Counted from the first letter of the whole stretch, positions 50,452-63,191 are shown. The stretch: 63,731 nt of DNA, filler included, from Phoronis australis (GCA_002633005.1; 8 parts of 8 records of this genome joined end to end with filler, not necessarily neighbours in it); one strand, 5' to 3'. The notes: a model not told the origin generated them from the letters alone. Numbers and translations are program-made.

Positions 50452-51045
50452 GGGCAGTTGAGGGGAAAGTGTCGCCGTAAAATTACGCTCGAAATTACGA
50501 GCGTAAATTGAATTGCAGGAGTGTCGCCGTACAATTACGCTAGTAAATTAAACGGGAAAAAGTTTCGCCGTAAAATTACGCTCGCAATTACGAGCGTAAG
50601 TTAAATTGCAAAAGTGTTGCAGTAAAATTACGCCCGTAAATTAAATGGGGGAAATGTCGCCGTAAATTACGCTCGTAAAATACCTTAAGAACGTTCCAAA
50701 TTTAAACCAATCAGTGATGACCTAACATAAACTACTGTTGCTGGGCAGCTCGTTCTTGCACAATCGCTGACATGGCAGCAGCGATTTGATCGGCCATGAT
50801 TCAGCGCTCGTATCGTAGACATGAAATCCGTCAGTAAATAAGTATTTCCATGAGCGCGCGCGATCGTGCATTGTAAAACCCAACGTAATTGGCTAAGAGT
50901 TTAAACTAAATTACGAGCGTAATTTTACGCCGTAAAGAATTGAATTACGCTCGTAATTTTACAGCGTAATTAACGGCGTAAATAACGGCGTAATGTACAC
51001 AATTGCGCTCGTGCTTTTCCGGCGACACTTTCCCCCCAACGGCCC
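50452..51045. mobile_element. Foldback MITE with many AATTACG subterminal repeats
   Basis: TIR GGGC(A/C)GTTG(A/G)GGGGAAAGTGTCGCCG. Numerous AATTACGCTCG / CGAGCGTAATT motifs. No clear TSD. Confidence 0.82.
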
Positions 51046-51880
51046 ATCATATATTACTGCTATTTTCCGTGGTGCAAGTCTTCGACAGGTGGTCAGAAAT
51101 TACCAAAAGACCTAAGGTTACTGCATTCGTGAAGAATTGTGGTCAAAAGGATCAACCAACTGACATAAACTGTGTGGATGCCGGAGCCCCATTGGGAGAC
51201 TACATAACGTTACTTGGTAAGTTTTTAGCAATCAAGTTTTTATCGACATCGAATAACGGGTTTATTGAATGGAACTAAGTTTTTCTTTTCCGAAACTCAC
51301 CCGGGACTCGGATGCCGGGTAGGCTAGCAACACATATTCACATATTGTCCTCCAGGGGTGCGAATGCGCCCAATATGAGACGTGTATGGTACGTGACGCT
51401 CAGAAGTCAAGGGTGACTTTTTCACAGCAGTTTCTCTTCAAAGCTATGCTATGTCCAATAAAATTCTGTAGACGAGTGAGTTTCCTTGTTTTATAACGGA
51501 CCCCACCCCAGGACTACCGAATTAACATGAATAAGCTATTCAGTAAACGTCATAACATTGCCCTGGAATAAAAATTGACACCTAGAATGAATTTTACTTG
51601 TTGAGGTCAGATGCAGGTCGTGAAAAATACACATTATTAAATCACTTTTAGCATGTTTCACATTGTTTAATGCAGATCTTAAATAAGACTTGTGTACAAA
51701 GATTATTAGTTTCTACATATAAACATGAAGATTAAACGTCAAGTATGTTCTGCCTTACTAAAGTAGTTTTGTCTTGTGTTTTCTTTTATAATTTGCTGAT
51801 ATTTCTCTGACTATTCTGTTATAGGTAAGAGAAAACGACTGAAACCAGCCGCCTGACCGTCTATTTTGCCTTTGGACAAA
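51046..51880 (+). pseudogene. Decayed intron-containing THAP gene
   Basis: YYCYFPWCKSS...LPKD...VKRINQ...WMP then a GTAAGT donor near 51217. Second exon after TTATAG at 51825 reads KRKRLKPAA*PSIL (AVPTIF-like). Confidence 0.5.
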
Positions 51881-53028
51881 GTGAAAAGCAATCCTTCAGC
51901 AATAGCCTGGGATAATTGAACCTAATTCAGAAATTCAGCCCTTGAAAATCTTGATTATAAACTCCATTGCGTGGGAAAATTACAATTGTTTTTAACAATG
52001 TTGTTTCTTTATAATATACTTTTCTTGCTTGTGGAACTTTTGTTGTGGACAAGTTAAGACAAAACTTAAAATTGTTCAAAGGCCTTTTTAAGAAAGCTCT
52101 AAAAATATTTACACACACAAACAAATCAAATGCAAAGAAAGGGGATTACTTTATTTTGATCGCTGAACATTTGTTGAGGTCAACAGAAAAATGACAATTC
52201 GCAAGAGTAATTGCTAATCATTTCAGCTTTATAAATAATAAGTACAACTGCACTGTATGGGGCTTTAAAACTAAGGAAATGTTGTGGTTTCAATAATTAG
52301 TGACAAACTTGCCTGTTGCTGAAAAATTTATTTGATCATCAAAGTGTAACAATAATGGGACATTGGGTTGAAATGGGTTAACGGGCTTTCTACTGACAAT
52401 AAGACAATCGATGCAGTCACTGAATGTCATTTCCCCAAAATGTGTACCAAATTGGAAAGTTTTTACCTTTAGTATACAGCTTTCTTCTGAAAGGAAAAGT
52501 TGACGTCACTCAGTGAGAAAGGTCAGGTATTTATACCAGATGCTTTTGGTTTTCATTTCACAGAGATCTAGCTTCAATAGCTATAGAAGGGTTTTTAAAA
52601 AAGGTCCAGTTTCGGCACGTGGCTTTCCTCCAGGTAACCTCATTCAGCCTCAATTAGATCCTTGAAGGTAAACACAACAGCGTATCACTGGACTCGTTTT
52701 GTGCCCAAAATATGACCCTGAACTAGANNNNNNNNNNNNNNNNNNNNNNNNNNNNNNNNNNNNNNNNNNNNTTAATTAATTAANNNNNNNNNNNNNNNNN
52801 NNNNNNNNNNNNNNNNNNNNNNNNNNNTACCAATTAAACTACTAAACTCATAAACAATAACAACCTACAAACATCCTGTTATTGTGTGACTAAGTACACA
52901 ACAGGTATGACTGGTCTTTACTTTCTGAAGACGTTGGTTTATTTCTAAATTCCACTTTAAAGTCCTTCACCGCAACAAATGTAATGAGTATACATGTATT
53001 TTTAAGTCATAGTATAAATATTCGTCAG

Positions 53029-53290
53029 CAAGGACAGATCCACGATTTTGAGTTGGGGGAAAGGGAACAGGAATAACCTGACTTTTGGCAGATGTACACC
53101 TGTACCTACCCAGCCTAAAATGTAGGGATGCGGGGGTCTCGCATTTTTGGGATTGCTGATCTTTCGACTAAAAAAACGGTAAACGGGGTTTGCTCAGGGC
53201 CTATGCATTGTTTATTCACCCCCCGAGGCCCCCTGGTTGCGCGCATGTGCCAGTCAACAGTTCGCATACGAACTGCCAAACGGTATCTGG
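53029..53290 (-). mobile_element. Inverted partial copy of the 7922-8256 MITE
   Basis: CCTAAAATGTAGGGATGC, GCGCGCATGTGCCAGTCA and ACTGCCAAACGGTATCTGG are reverse complements of parts of 7992-8256. Confidence 0.8.
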
Positions 53291-55284
53291 TNGTTATAGT
53301 AATTAGTTGATCACTGCATGCGAATATGATTGCATCAAACTACTCCAGCGGTTTAATAATTATACCAATATGTATAATTTTGGATGAATTCCTGACCTAC
53401 ATGTAATTCTTCACAGCCTCTGTGAGGGATCTATGTTCCAAAATAACTGTCTTTATTCGGCGGATACCAATTTTTTCGAATTATTGGAACTATTTACCTG
53501 CTATTTTAATTGCCACTTTGTATTACTTCTTTGGATCATTTCCTTTTTTGTTTTTATTACACCGTGACTTATGTGTCTTTAAAATGAACCAGGTGATAAA
53601 TAATTACATAGTTGTCTAATCAGTAATCAAAGCGATTCATCATTACACTCTGTAGGTTTTGCATTTTCTTCCTCCTTCGTAGCTCATATATCTGTCGACG
53701 TTTTAGCTGTGCCCAAGGACCCAATCACACTTTCGGTAGTTTCCGAGCCCTACAGGGCGTTTTAATGTTCTCTCTATTTTTTAAAATTCTACATTCATTC
53801 ACAGGACTCGTGAAGAGAATCAGAAATATAAAAAAATTTAAGCAATGGTATAGTCCGACGAGAGTATATATTTGCAAGCATACTGCATGCAGGCAGAGGT
53901 TTCGATTTATTTCATCAGTGAATTCGCTAAATAATACATGCATTTGGCTTCGCAGTGAATTCGTCATCTGCAAAATTCCGAACCCAGAAACAACGCGATA
54001 CTCGGTAGTAAACTGATACTTCGGTCAAAGGTAAGACCGGTCCATTGAATAACGTTTATACAAAACCAGACTCTCTGGTGTCTTCTATAAAACGAACCAA
54101 ATATCACAGCTTTGCGAATTTGATTTGAACAAGAAAGGAAGCCAAGAGACAGGACTATAGTTCTATTTTGAAATGTGAAAGTGGTTCTAAGTACATGTGG
54201 CAACATAAATTCGTAGCTAAATCTGACCCAGCTAGGTTATTTTTTGACAAATCTCGTACCGCAATTCTCCTTTTTTCTATGTGTGCCTTTCGAAAATTCT
54301 CCATGATTTCTGTTATGTATTTTATTTGCACCAAGTCATTGTTGTACCAGCCCTTCTCGACGCTAAATGACCTAAAGACTCCGTCCCCAATTAATCACCT
54401 CATTTTGAATATTCGGGCAGACTCGGTTAGCTCTGCTAAAAGTGAACGATTAGTTCTAATATTCTGCATTTTCAATCCCCAAATTAATCATACTTTGAAC
54501 CTATAAGTACAGTACTCTACTCGAGTAACTGAAAATTACTAGCTGTCACAGTGAAGAAATTCCTGAAGGTTCTGATATAATGCCGAATGTTCACATCTCG
54601 ACCAACGCCGTGCATTGCTGCCGATTTCTCCTAGTTTGTTTCAATTTTTAACATCGGTTTCTTGGATTGCAATGAAAATTCGAAATATTTGCTATTTGAT
54701 ACCTGCCTAAGGGGACTGCGCCTCAGAATTAAGAATCAGGTCATAGTTCCTCGGAAAGGAGCCTTCAAAATTGAAGAGTACCGTCGTTTTTGTTCAAAAT
54801 GCCATAATATTGGATAATTAAGAAACTAAAACCTTGAAGAATCAGTTCCAACTAAAATGCCGTTATAAACATGCTTACAAACGGCCAATGCCGTTGGAAG
54901 AACAATATTTTTTTTAAATCTGTGTTCAAATTAAAAAAAAGATTTTTACTAAAAACGCATATCTCGTCAAAAATGAAGACAAGTAATTAAGAGAAATATT
55001 TTTTTTAGGAAAATTATTCACTTTCCAGATTTCTTTGTAGGGGTTACATCTCACAGAATTTAAAATATTTGCACTCAAGTACAAGATGCTAGACATGGTT
55101 CACAGTTACTTTAACAGTGCTTGCATATGTTTATATACTGTAAATTGCCGACAGTGAGATGACATTCATGCAGTTTGAACGTCTAACTCCCCTCACCTTC
55201 AGCTGTCAGAGCAAAAAAAAAATTTAATTTCCGTTCATCATGAACTACATGTACAAATCGTTTAAAACATTATTTAATTTTTAT

Positions 55285-55748
55285 GTGGCACCAATTTTGA
55301 ATTACGGGTCATCTGTTTGGGGTTACAAAAATTTTGGTAATGATGCAAATATTCAATATGCGTTTTTGTTTACGGGTCAACCAATTTACAGATACTAATG
55401 CTGTTAGTGGCAATATGGGGTGGGACTCCAACGGAAATACAATTAAATTGAATATGCTGCGTCTTTGGAAAAAACTAGTAACCACAGGTGATAGGTTACT
55501 GAAGAATGTATTTTTATGGGACTACTATGATGGTAGAAAGGGTTGGATAGACGGAATCAAAAATTCGTTAAACATGACGGGCATGCAATCCTGTTTTCAA
55601 AATAGGAATACTTGTAACATAGTAGACGCTAGAAACAAACCATTTGAATGCGCGTAACCCGCTTGGGCTGAATCTGTTGTAGCAGAACCAAAGTTAAGAA
55701 CCTACATTTTATTTAAGAACGAGTTTTTAACTGAGCCGTATGTATAGA
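55285..55748 (+). pseudogene. LINE ORF2 C-terminal region, left of the DIRS insertion
   Basis: PILNYGSSVWG, NAVSGNMGW, LRLWKKL, PKLRTYILFKNEFLTEPYV. Confidence 0.75.
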
Positions 55749-58700
55749 TTAATTCTGCGTAGGAATACGCATAATAAAGTTCCGCGAGAGAGCGCACTGC
55801 GCTTGACCGAACCATTAACGCACACTGACTTCACCGGACCAGACGTAGTTTTATTCGCTCTGTGAAATAGCCTACTTACGGTTATTGCTGGTTATGGCTA
55901 ATGCTGTGCTAAAGGGTAAAGGCAGGGGAAGGCAACGTCTGTAGACGTTGTTATAGAAATCTTGGCGCAGGCTGAAAAAAACGCGGAGAAGTCCGAGTGC
56001 ATCCTCGGAAATAGTGGAGCCTGCGAAACTGCAGAAACCGGTACCCAGTATACCACAAAAGGTTTCTAACCCCGCCTCTGTGCCTGCGGCAGCAGGAGAT
56101 AGTTGTAGCGTGATTGCACCCTCACCAGACCCTCAAATGACGTAATGCTCGGTTAATAAACTAGGTGAATTGATTCAGGCGAATTTTGAGCGAGAACAAA
56201 GTCACCGTTGTGCCGAGAGTTTTTATGATGAATAAGGGTTTGAGGATAACTGCCATGTCGACCTAGTTTCAAATGAACCTCGTGATGAGCAGTGCCAGAG
56301 TGTTTTGTCTGAGAATTTGCCGTTGACGGACTAAGTTGATCAACTGCTAACGGAGAATATTTGCACGCAGAGTTCAGAAGATGTTAATCAACTTTTATCG
56401 GAGGTTGGCTCCTTGTGGAACTCTGAACCTAAGGTCGGTCCGCTGATTTCTGATAACTTTTGCACGCTCTTCAGGAGTTTAAATGCGGATAAACAAGCCG
56501 AGGAGAATCTGGAAGTTCTGTTTAAGAAGTTTTATTCGCCACAGAACTTGGACACTATATGCTGTGATATGGGAAAAGTTGCAGACGTCTACTCCAGTTC
56601 GGGACATTACGATGAAAAAAGTTCAAGAGTCCCTCGTGAAAAGTATTATTGCTCAGGTCAGGTTGGCTGATGAGTTTCTCCTGTGTATGGCTAGGAAACA
56701 GTCTACAGATTTTTCGGGCTTCTTTAAGTAGCTTACTGACTCGATTACCCTTGGAGCTAATGCTAACTTTGAAATTTATATGGCGAGGAGAGAGTTCATT
56801 AAGCCTGAGGTTAACCCTCAGTATAAGCATGTTTGCTCACCCACATTTCCAGATACTAAGGAACTGTTTGGAGACGACATTGCTATACAGGTCAAAGATA
56901 TGTCAGAATTACATGAGGTCTCTTTTGAGATGGGAACTGCTGCCAGATATCCGAGAGGCAGATATTATCCATACTCAAGGAATGTCACTCGTGCTGTTGT
57001 TTCAAAACGAGGGCCGCCAACGGGGGAACTGGAAGCGAGCTTGGTCAACTCGGCCAGCTTTTTCAACACGACCGGCTGAGCATCAGGTCAGGTATGTCAT
57101 AGTCAAACTGAAGGTTTTGAGGCTGGCCGTCTGAACTACTTTGTAAATAATTGGCAACAAATTACTTGTGATCACAATATTTTGGATATTGTTGAACATT
57201 GTCACATTGAACTTGACAGAAACAGTGTTTGGACTCAGCATGTTGTTCCTAATGAGATCAATTTCTCTTTAGCAGAGAAAATATTATTGATCAGGAGATT
57301 GAGAAATTACTTCAGAGAAAGGTCATATGAATTCTTACACACTCTGAGGGAGAGTTTATCTTAACAATATTTCTTCACCCTGAGAAAGATGGGAAATTTA
57401 GGATGAATTTGAATTTTAAGAAATTCAATGGTTCTGTAGAGTATCACCATTTTAAAATAGACTCTTATCTGTTTTTGATCTGATGACAAAAAGATTTATT
57501 TCTCCCTGAAATTGTTTGCTTCAAGGTTGAACCATCAGGTTCAGAAGTTTGTGTCTTGGCGACCTGAGCCTGGGGCAGAATTTGTTGACGCTTTTTCAAT
57601 GTGTTAGACAAAGTCTTAATGTTTATATTTTCCGCCTTTCTCCCGTTCTATACAAAGGGTTACAGTGGACCGTGCTCAAGGTATTACGATAGTGCCTTTT
57701 TAGACAACACAGGTGTAGTACCCCAGACTCATGAAACTGTTGGTTGCCAAACCTCTTGTGCTTCCACAAGGAGTGCTGCGGATGCCAGTGTCAAGTGCGT
57801 AACATCCTTTGAGACAGAAGCTAGTAGTACTGGCCGTTCATTTACAGACGATCCGCTGAGGGCCAGGAGCTTTCTATCCGCACAAAAGAAGTTATCTTGG
57901 CAGCGTGGAGATGCAGCACCAAGAAGCAGAATGCCACGTATCTTGACAAATGGATACTGTGCTGTCGTCAAAGACAGGCTGATCCCATTCGTTCTTCTTT
58001 AGCTGTTGGACTGGATTTTTGGCCGAATTAGTTGAAGATGGATTGAGTTATAAATCGGTCAACTCTGCTCGCAGTGCTTTATCTAATTTTGTTATATTTG
58101 GGCAGATTGAGTCTTTTGGCAGTCATTCATTGGTTGTAAAGTTTATGCAAGGAGTGTTTCAACTGAGACCTCATGGATTCAGGTAGACTCGTATATGGGA
58201 TGTTAATCTAGTGTTGAGTTATTTGAGAACTTTGCGTCCTGTGGCATCATTGACTTCAAAAAATTTAACATAGAAGCTTGTCATGCTGATTGCTTTGTTG
58301 TCTGCACAGAGATGTCAAACTATTCATTTATTGGATGTTGATGATATGCTGAAAGATAAGTCTGGTTTTTAATTTTTTCATTCGCTCACATGTAAAACAG
58401 AGTAGACCAGGAATGCGTCCAGTTGTTATAAATTTGTAAGCTGATCCTCCAGATAGAAGGCTCTGTGTTTATACTGTGGTTAAGGAATACTTGAATCATA
58501 CTTCTCTACTTCGAGGATTGCAGTCACGGCTGTTGATTAAATATGTAAAGCCTTACCATGCAGTGAATATAGACACGGTGAAGCGTTGGATTAAGCTTTT
58601 CATATGCAGGGTGCGTATCGATACTTCCCAGTTTGCCGCTCAGAGTACTAGAGCAGCCAGTGTGTCAGCTGCCAAGCAATGTTCAGTGCCAAATTCTACA

Positions 58701-58991
58701 ATTATGTCCAAAGCTGGTTGGTCTTGTGCATCTACTATGCTCGGTTCTATGATAAACAGATTGGTGTTTCTGATGAGTTTGCCTCCATTTTGTTGACTGG
58801 TGTGGCCAAAAATAAATGATAATTGATTTGAAACAATTATTGTTGTTTCTGAATTTGCACATCAGTTGCATATTCAACTTTTAAGAATGGTTCGGTCATG
58901 CGCAGTTTGCTCTCTCGTGTAACCTCTATTATGCTAATATTCCTACAGAGAATTGCAATCAAACTTCAACTTAGTGAAGTTTCGTTTAATT
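55749..58991 (+). mobile_element. DIRS1-like tyrosine-recombinase retrotransposon, decayed and internally deleted
   Basis: Inverted termini of about 67 bp (55750-55817 vs 58886-58956). Gag-like RREFIKPEVNPQYKHVCS...LFGDD. RT start AGRLNYFVNNWQQIT...EKDGKFRMNLNFKKFN. Methyltransferase-like VDAFS...FPPF...GITIVP. Recombinase WDVNLVLSYL, KLVMLIALLSAQRCQTIH, STRAASVSAA...AGWS. Confidence 0.92.
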
Positions 58992-59350
58992 TCAAAATTC
59001 ATCTCGTTCCGTGCGATCGCTTCTGGCTCAGCTTAGAGCAGGAAATCTCCCATTACAGTTGTTACATGTATTTGAACACTCCTGTAAGTGAAAGACTGCT
59101 TGTGTTGTGATCTGGTTCTTTGGAGGATGAGTTACATTTTGTGTATGATTAATCTCTTTATAACTCACGAGGTCTATTCTGTTCAATAATATTTCAAATT
59201 AAATCACGAACTTTGTAGATTTCGGTAGATTAGATACGTTAAAACTGTTATTTCAGTATTTCCCAAGGCAATTTGCCAAATATATCAAGTCTGCTTTTGA
59301 ATTTAGAAACCGACGGAATTATGGTAGGCATACATCTGAGTTGTGTGGTT
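58992..59350 (+). pseudogene. LINE ORF2 C-terminal region, right of the DIRS insertion
   Basis: RSLLAQLRAGNLPL...PVSERL...LEDELHF continues the peptide interrupted at 55748. Confidence 0.7.
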
Positions 59351-61128
59351 AAAGTGACTAATAATGTCAAGAGTGCTGGGTACTTATCTTTCTTACGAAT
59401 GTTATACCTAAAACTGTTTGATTTAAGTGTTCTTGTCACTATGATAAATAAATACTACTAATGCTACTACAGCATTGCTATTTTAGTGACACGCAGTCAT
59501 TGCTCCACTAGCTGCTGCATGAAAACAGTTTTGAAACTAAGCAGAATTTAACATTGTCGGCGGAGCCTAGGGAGGGTTTTCAGAAACCTAACATTTTCAG
59601 ACTAGACACATTTACCAAGAACTACATGAGTTCCATGTAGGTGGTTATTTTCGATGCCGTAATTTGATCCCATCAAATCTTTTAAAAGGTTTGAAATTTC
59701 CACCCCTCTGAAAAATTACAGGAATAAATGTCTAAACGAGGAGCGAACACATTACCAACCTGATGTACATGTACTGTAGGCTACGTTGCACAATTTGCTT
59801 TATATTCAACAAGCAGTTTGAGGAAAAACTCAAAACTCTTGCCTGAAGTTTGTTTGCGACAATATAAAAGAGTATAAAGCACGTACAATGTATATGTACG
59901 CAACGCAGACTATAAAGTGAATGGTAATCGCTATGCAACTCAAATACACTCCACTTTTTGGACACGTAGAGCTATTCGGAACACCAGACTATCAAACTAT
60001 AGGCGTTGTTCCGTGTGCTTGGAACCATCGTAATTAACTTACATGACTTAGAGAGGGCGGAAATAAATGCTCTACCCACGGCCGGTCAGCATACGTATTG
60101 AATGCACAGATTGAGATAATTTCCCCCTGGAGCACACAGATGCTACTCTAACTACATGTACATGTACCTGTGCATACACTTGTGCACTTCCAGCGATTGT
60201 ACCCTGATCCCCAAATACCGTTGTAGTATAGACACTTTTTATAGCGCGATGAGATATGAAAAAGATTACGACCAAACTGATTCTGTGCTACAGTAACTCC
60301 CGTCAGATACCTGAATGCATGTAATTTCTATTAACCAGAGAACTGTCAGCAAGTACCGTGTCTTAGGTGGTACAGAAATGTAAACCAAATATACAAATAC
60401 TCACGAAATTCTGTGACGTATCTCCTGAAGCCTGTCGAGACAAAAATTGTAGCATAAAAATGACAAAGGTCGAAAAGAAGACTACTAACTAAACACAGCT
60501 TGTATTTCATATACGGTCTTTTCACGTCCACTTACATGTACATGTACTTATGGGTCAGGTCACGTGGTAACACTCGGGTTTTGTTAACCACGGTTCAGAC
60601 TACTGTTTAAAGATGCTTGGTCACGTTAATAGTGGGTACATGTATGCAACCGAAGTACTAATTTACAAACAACCCCGGTCTTCCAGCGTGCCGGACATCA
60701 TCTGAGAACCAATCTGTATTACAATATACCAAGAGTCATGTTTTGAGACTGTTTTTAGGTAAATGAGTATAGAAATTATATCTCATGTGTACCCTAGAAT
60801 GCAACAATAATAATAATAAATTGTTTACTTAACTATCTTAACGATTACGCAATATTTGGAATAACTAGGTTTTTACATGTTCACACTTGTTTTTAAGTTG
60901 TGGTGATTCTTTAAATCTGCAATTTATTTACAAATAGTTTTTTCCTGATTGTACTAGACCGGCAGCCCAGAGCACTTAGCATAGATGAACGAGGTACCAA
61001 CATCTGACCACGGGAGCATTTAAAGTCCNNNNNNNNNNNNNNNNNNNNNNNNNNNNNNNNNNNNNNNNNNNNTTAATTAATTAANNNNNNNNNNNNNNNN
61101 NNNNNNNNNNNNNNNNNNNNNNNNNNNN

Positions 61129-62444
61129 TCGTTTGTAAACACAGCGTAGCTATGATCAGTGACCGTGTGACCGAGAGCACGACTGTCGCCGTGTTCAGTA
61201 TTGGGGTTATTGGCGTTGATTTCGAAATCTCCTCCTATTTCAGACAAGTTGAGAGTTCTTGGGTTGCTTAACTTTTGTAGCTTTCGTCGTGGATATGCTA
61301 GAGACGTTAATTTTAAGTGGAAAGTCCGTCGGAATGTTGTTCTCATAAGTCTTTTTTCCACCAGGAAAATGTTCGCTGCACACACGATGGCCCCTAGGCA
61401 ATTACATCGCACTGGATGCCGCAGGCATTCAGGGGCGATAGTACATCCTCACAAAAAGTTACTCATTTCAAAATACAGCAAGTAAAATCAAATGAACCCG
61501 GCATACGTATAGGAACACGGAGTTGTAATTAACACCTACCATGACTCTGGATACAATTTAGTCAGCAAAACTTGAACGAATCGATGAAAATCTGTCGCGG
61601 TTTGTTCGAGTTTCTCTTAGTCACGGTTACCGGGTGCCATTTTGAGGAAGTTACGTGAAATTACGCATGTTGACGAATAAAAAGTCCAAGGGACACACAT
61701 CTTACAAGTTTCACCCGACACCTTCTCATGCTATTTTACAAGTGTCGCGCGCTAGCGTCACGCGCTTCGCTCAGTCTAACCTTGCGCCTAACTCACGGGA
61801 TTCAGTTGACATGCTTTGTAGTTATCGCGCACGCGGTGATAAAATTAACGGCAACCAAAAAAGTGGAGTTGTAATTCTTCGCCAAAGTCAACTTAATTCT
61901 CAGAACTAAGCTTCATTAAAGATATGTATAGAAGTACAAAGGACCAATGATGAAAGTAAGCGTTTTTTAAATGATAGTTTTAAGTGTAGAGTGTATTTTT
62001 GACGATGTGAAAACTCGAAATCGGTAACCCAAATCCGGTCACGGCCCGTTTAAAATACACTGGAGTAACGAAATGAGTACAGAAAGCGAATGGAAGTATT
62101 GTAGCCCCTACATGGCCAACCAAGGGGCTACGTGTTGCCTACTAGATGGCCCCGCGTTCGTTTGAATGCGCTAAATTTCCCCTTACTCCCAGGTCTCCTA
62201 ATGTTGCTTATCCATTTTTCACGAAGTTCTTGGTTTGCAGGGAACACATACAAACTCAGATTTTTATCTCTCTTGTTGTTTTTGAAGCAGCTAGGAACAC
62301 AACAAGTGTATCCGCCGTAAGTTTTCTTCGCGCTCATACCGCGTATTATGCTTGTTACTATGGCCGCTTTCGGAATCCTGACCACAGCACCCACAATGCA
62401 CCATTTTAACTAATTTCAATATGGCGTCGCTGCAAATCCGCTAT
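61129..62444 (-). mobile_element. THAP-encoding DNA transposon end (ISL2EU-like) upstream of the first dynein exon, THAP split by an insertion
   Basis: First half MSAKKTYGGYTCCVPSCFKNNKRDKNLSLYVFPANQELREKWISNIRR...TRGH (62337-62145). Second half [24 protein letters not shown] (from 61385), then DHSY. Putative terminus AT|AGCGGATTTGCAGC at about 62444. Confidence 0.8.
61395..62144. mobile_element. 750-bp insertion with 9-bp TSD (Mutator-like)
   Basis: GATGGCCCC at 61386-61394 and 62145-62153. Ends TAGGCAA / TTGCCTACTA. Confidence 0.85.
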
Positions 62445-62473
62445 TGTTACATTATACTGCTTTTACTTTACAG

Positions 62474-62707
62474 CTGAAGTATCCAGATGAGAATGAGGAT
62501 ATTCTCATGTTGCGTTCGATCATTGACGTCAATCTGCCCAAGTTCTTAAGTCACGACCTCCCACTGTTTGCTGGTATCACATCTGACTTGTTCCCTGGCG
62601 TCACCCTGCCCACGCCAGACTATGTCACGCTGAACGAGCATGTAAAGGCCAACTGTGAGACCATGAACCTTCAGTGTACCAACTTCTTCTTGGAGAAAAT
62701 TCAACAG
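62474..62707 (+). CDS. DNAH7: Axonemal dynein heavy chain exon (AAA1 lid region)
   Basis: [43 protein letters not shown]..., 234 bp, phase 0-0, canonical splice sites. Paralog call from recalled sequence. Confidence 0.9.
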
Positions 62708-63191
62708 GTAACTAAGGCAGTTTGCAATGTTGTGATTGTGTATATTTTGCCTCAAGTACGCCCTGCAGCTAATTAACCCTTGATATTGCGTCTTAACTCA
62801 CGATTTGTGCGTCTACACCTGAAATTTGCCAAAAAACATTAAAATTTGTGATAGCGTTCAAGCCAGGAGCACGTACTTGGTTGGATCTTTTATCATAGTA
62901 AATTAAATATTATTATTTCGTCGATGCAAAATTGACCAACCTTGTTACGAAAAGCATTTTGTGAGAAAGGTAGTCATCCATTCCTGGAAGATTTTGTGAA
63001 CTTATGTTTTGCCATTTTGATGCTTTTCAAAATATTATTTCAAGAAAGAATTCTGAACAGTGTTGAAATGGTAAGTTTGTCATTAGTTTCTTCACGTAAC
63101 AAGATGGCCTCCTCTCATTGCTTCATTAAGCTTTACACGTGCTATATAATGTTTTTGCCCTAGTTGTGATATTTTTACTTGTCTCCCACAG

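Noticed and set aside
52900-52960. Hammerhead ribozyme candidates (CTGAAGA here, CTGATGA at several other sites)
   Set aside because: No stem II plus GAAA core could be assembled by eye.
53330-54480. Possible very old CR1-like LINE fragment
   Set aside because: Only vague motif hints (K..MW and a KxPG-like region), too degraded to support without a search.
1761-60531. Most 60-130 aa ORFs in the supplied track
   Set aside because: No recognisable motifs or splice context. They are consistent with chance ORFs or shadows of exons and transposon remnants.
18626-61084. Recurrent TTAATTAATTAA palindrome
   Set aside because: Always centred in a 100-bp N run, so it is an assembly linker.
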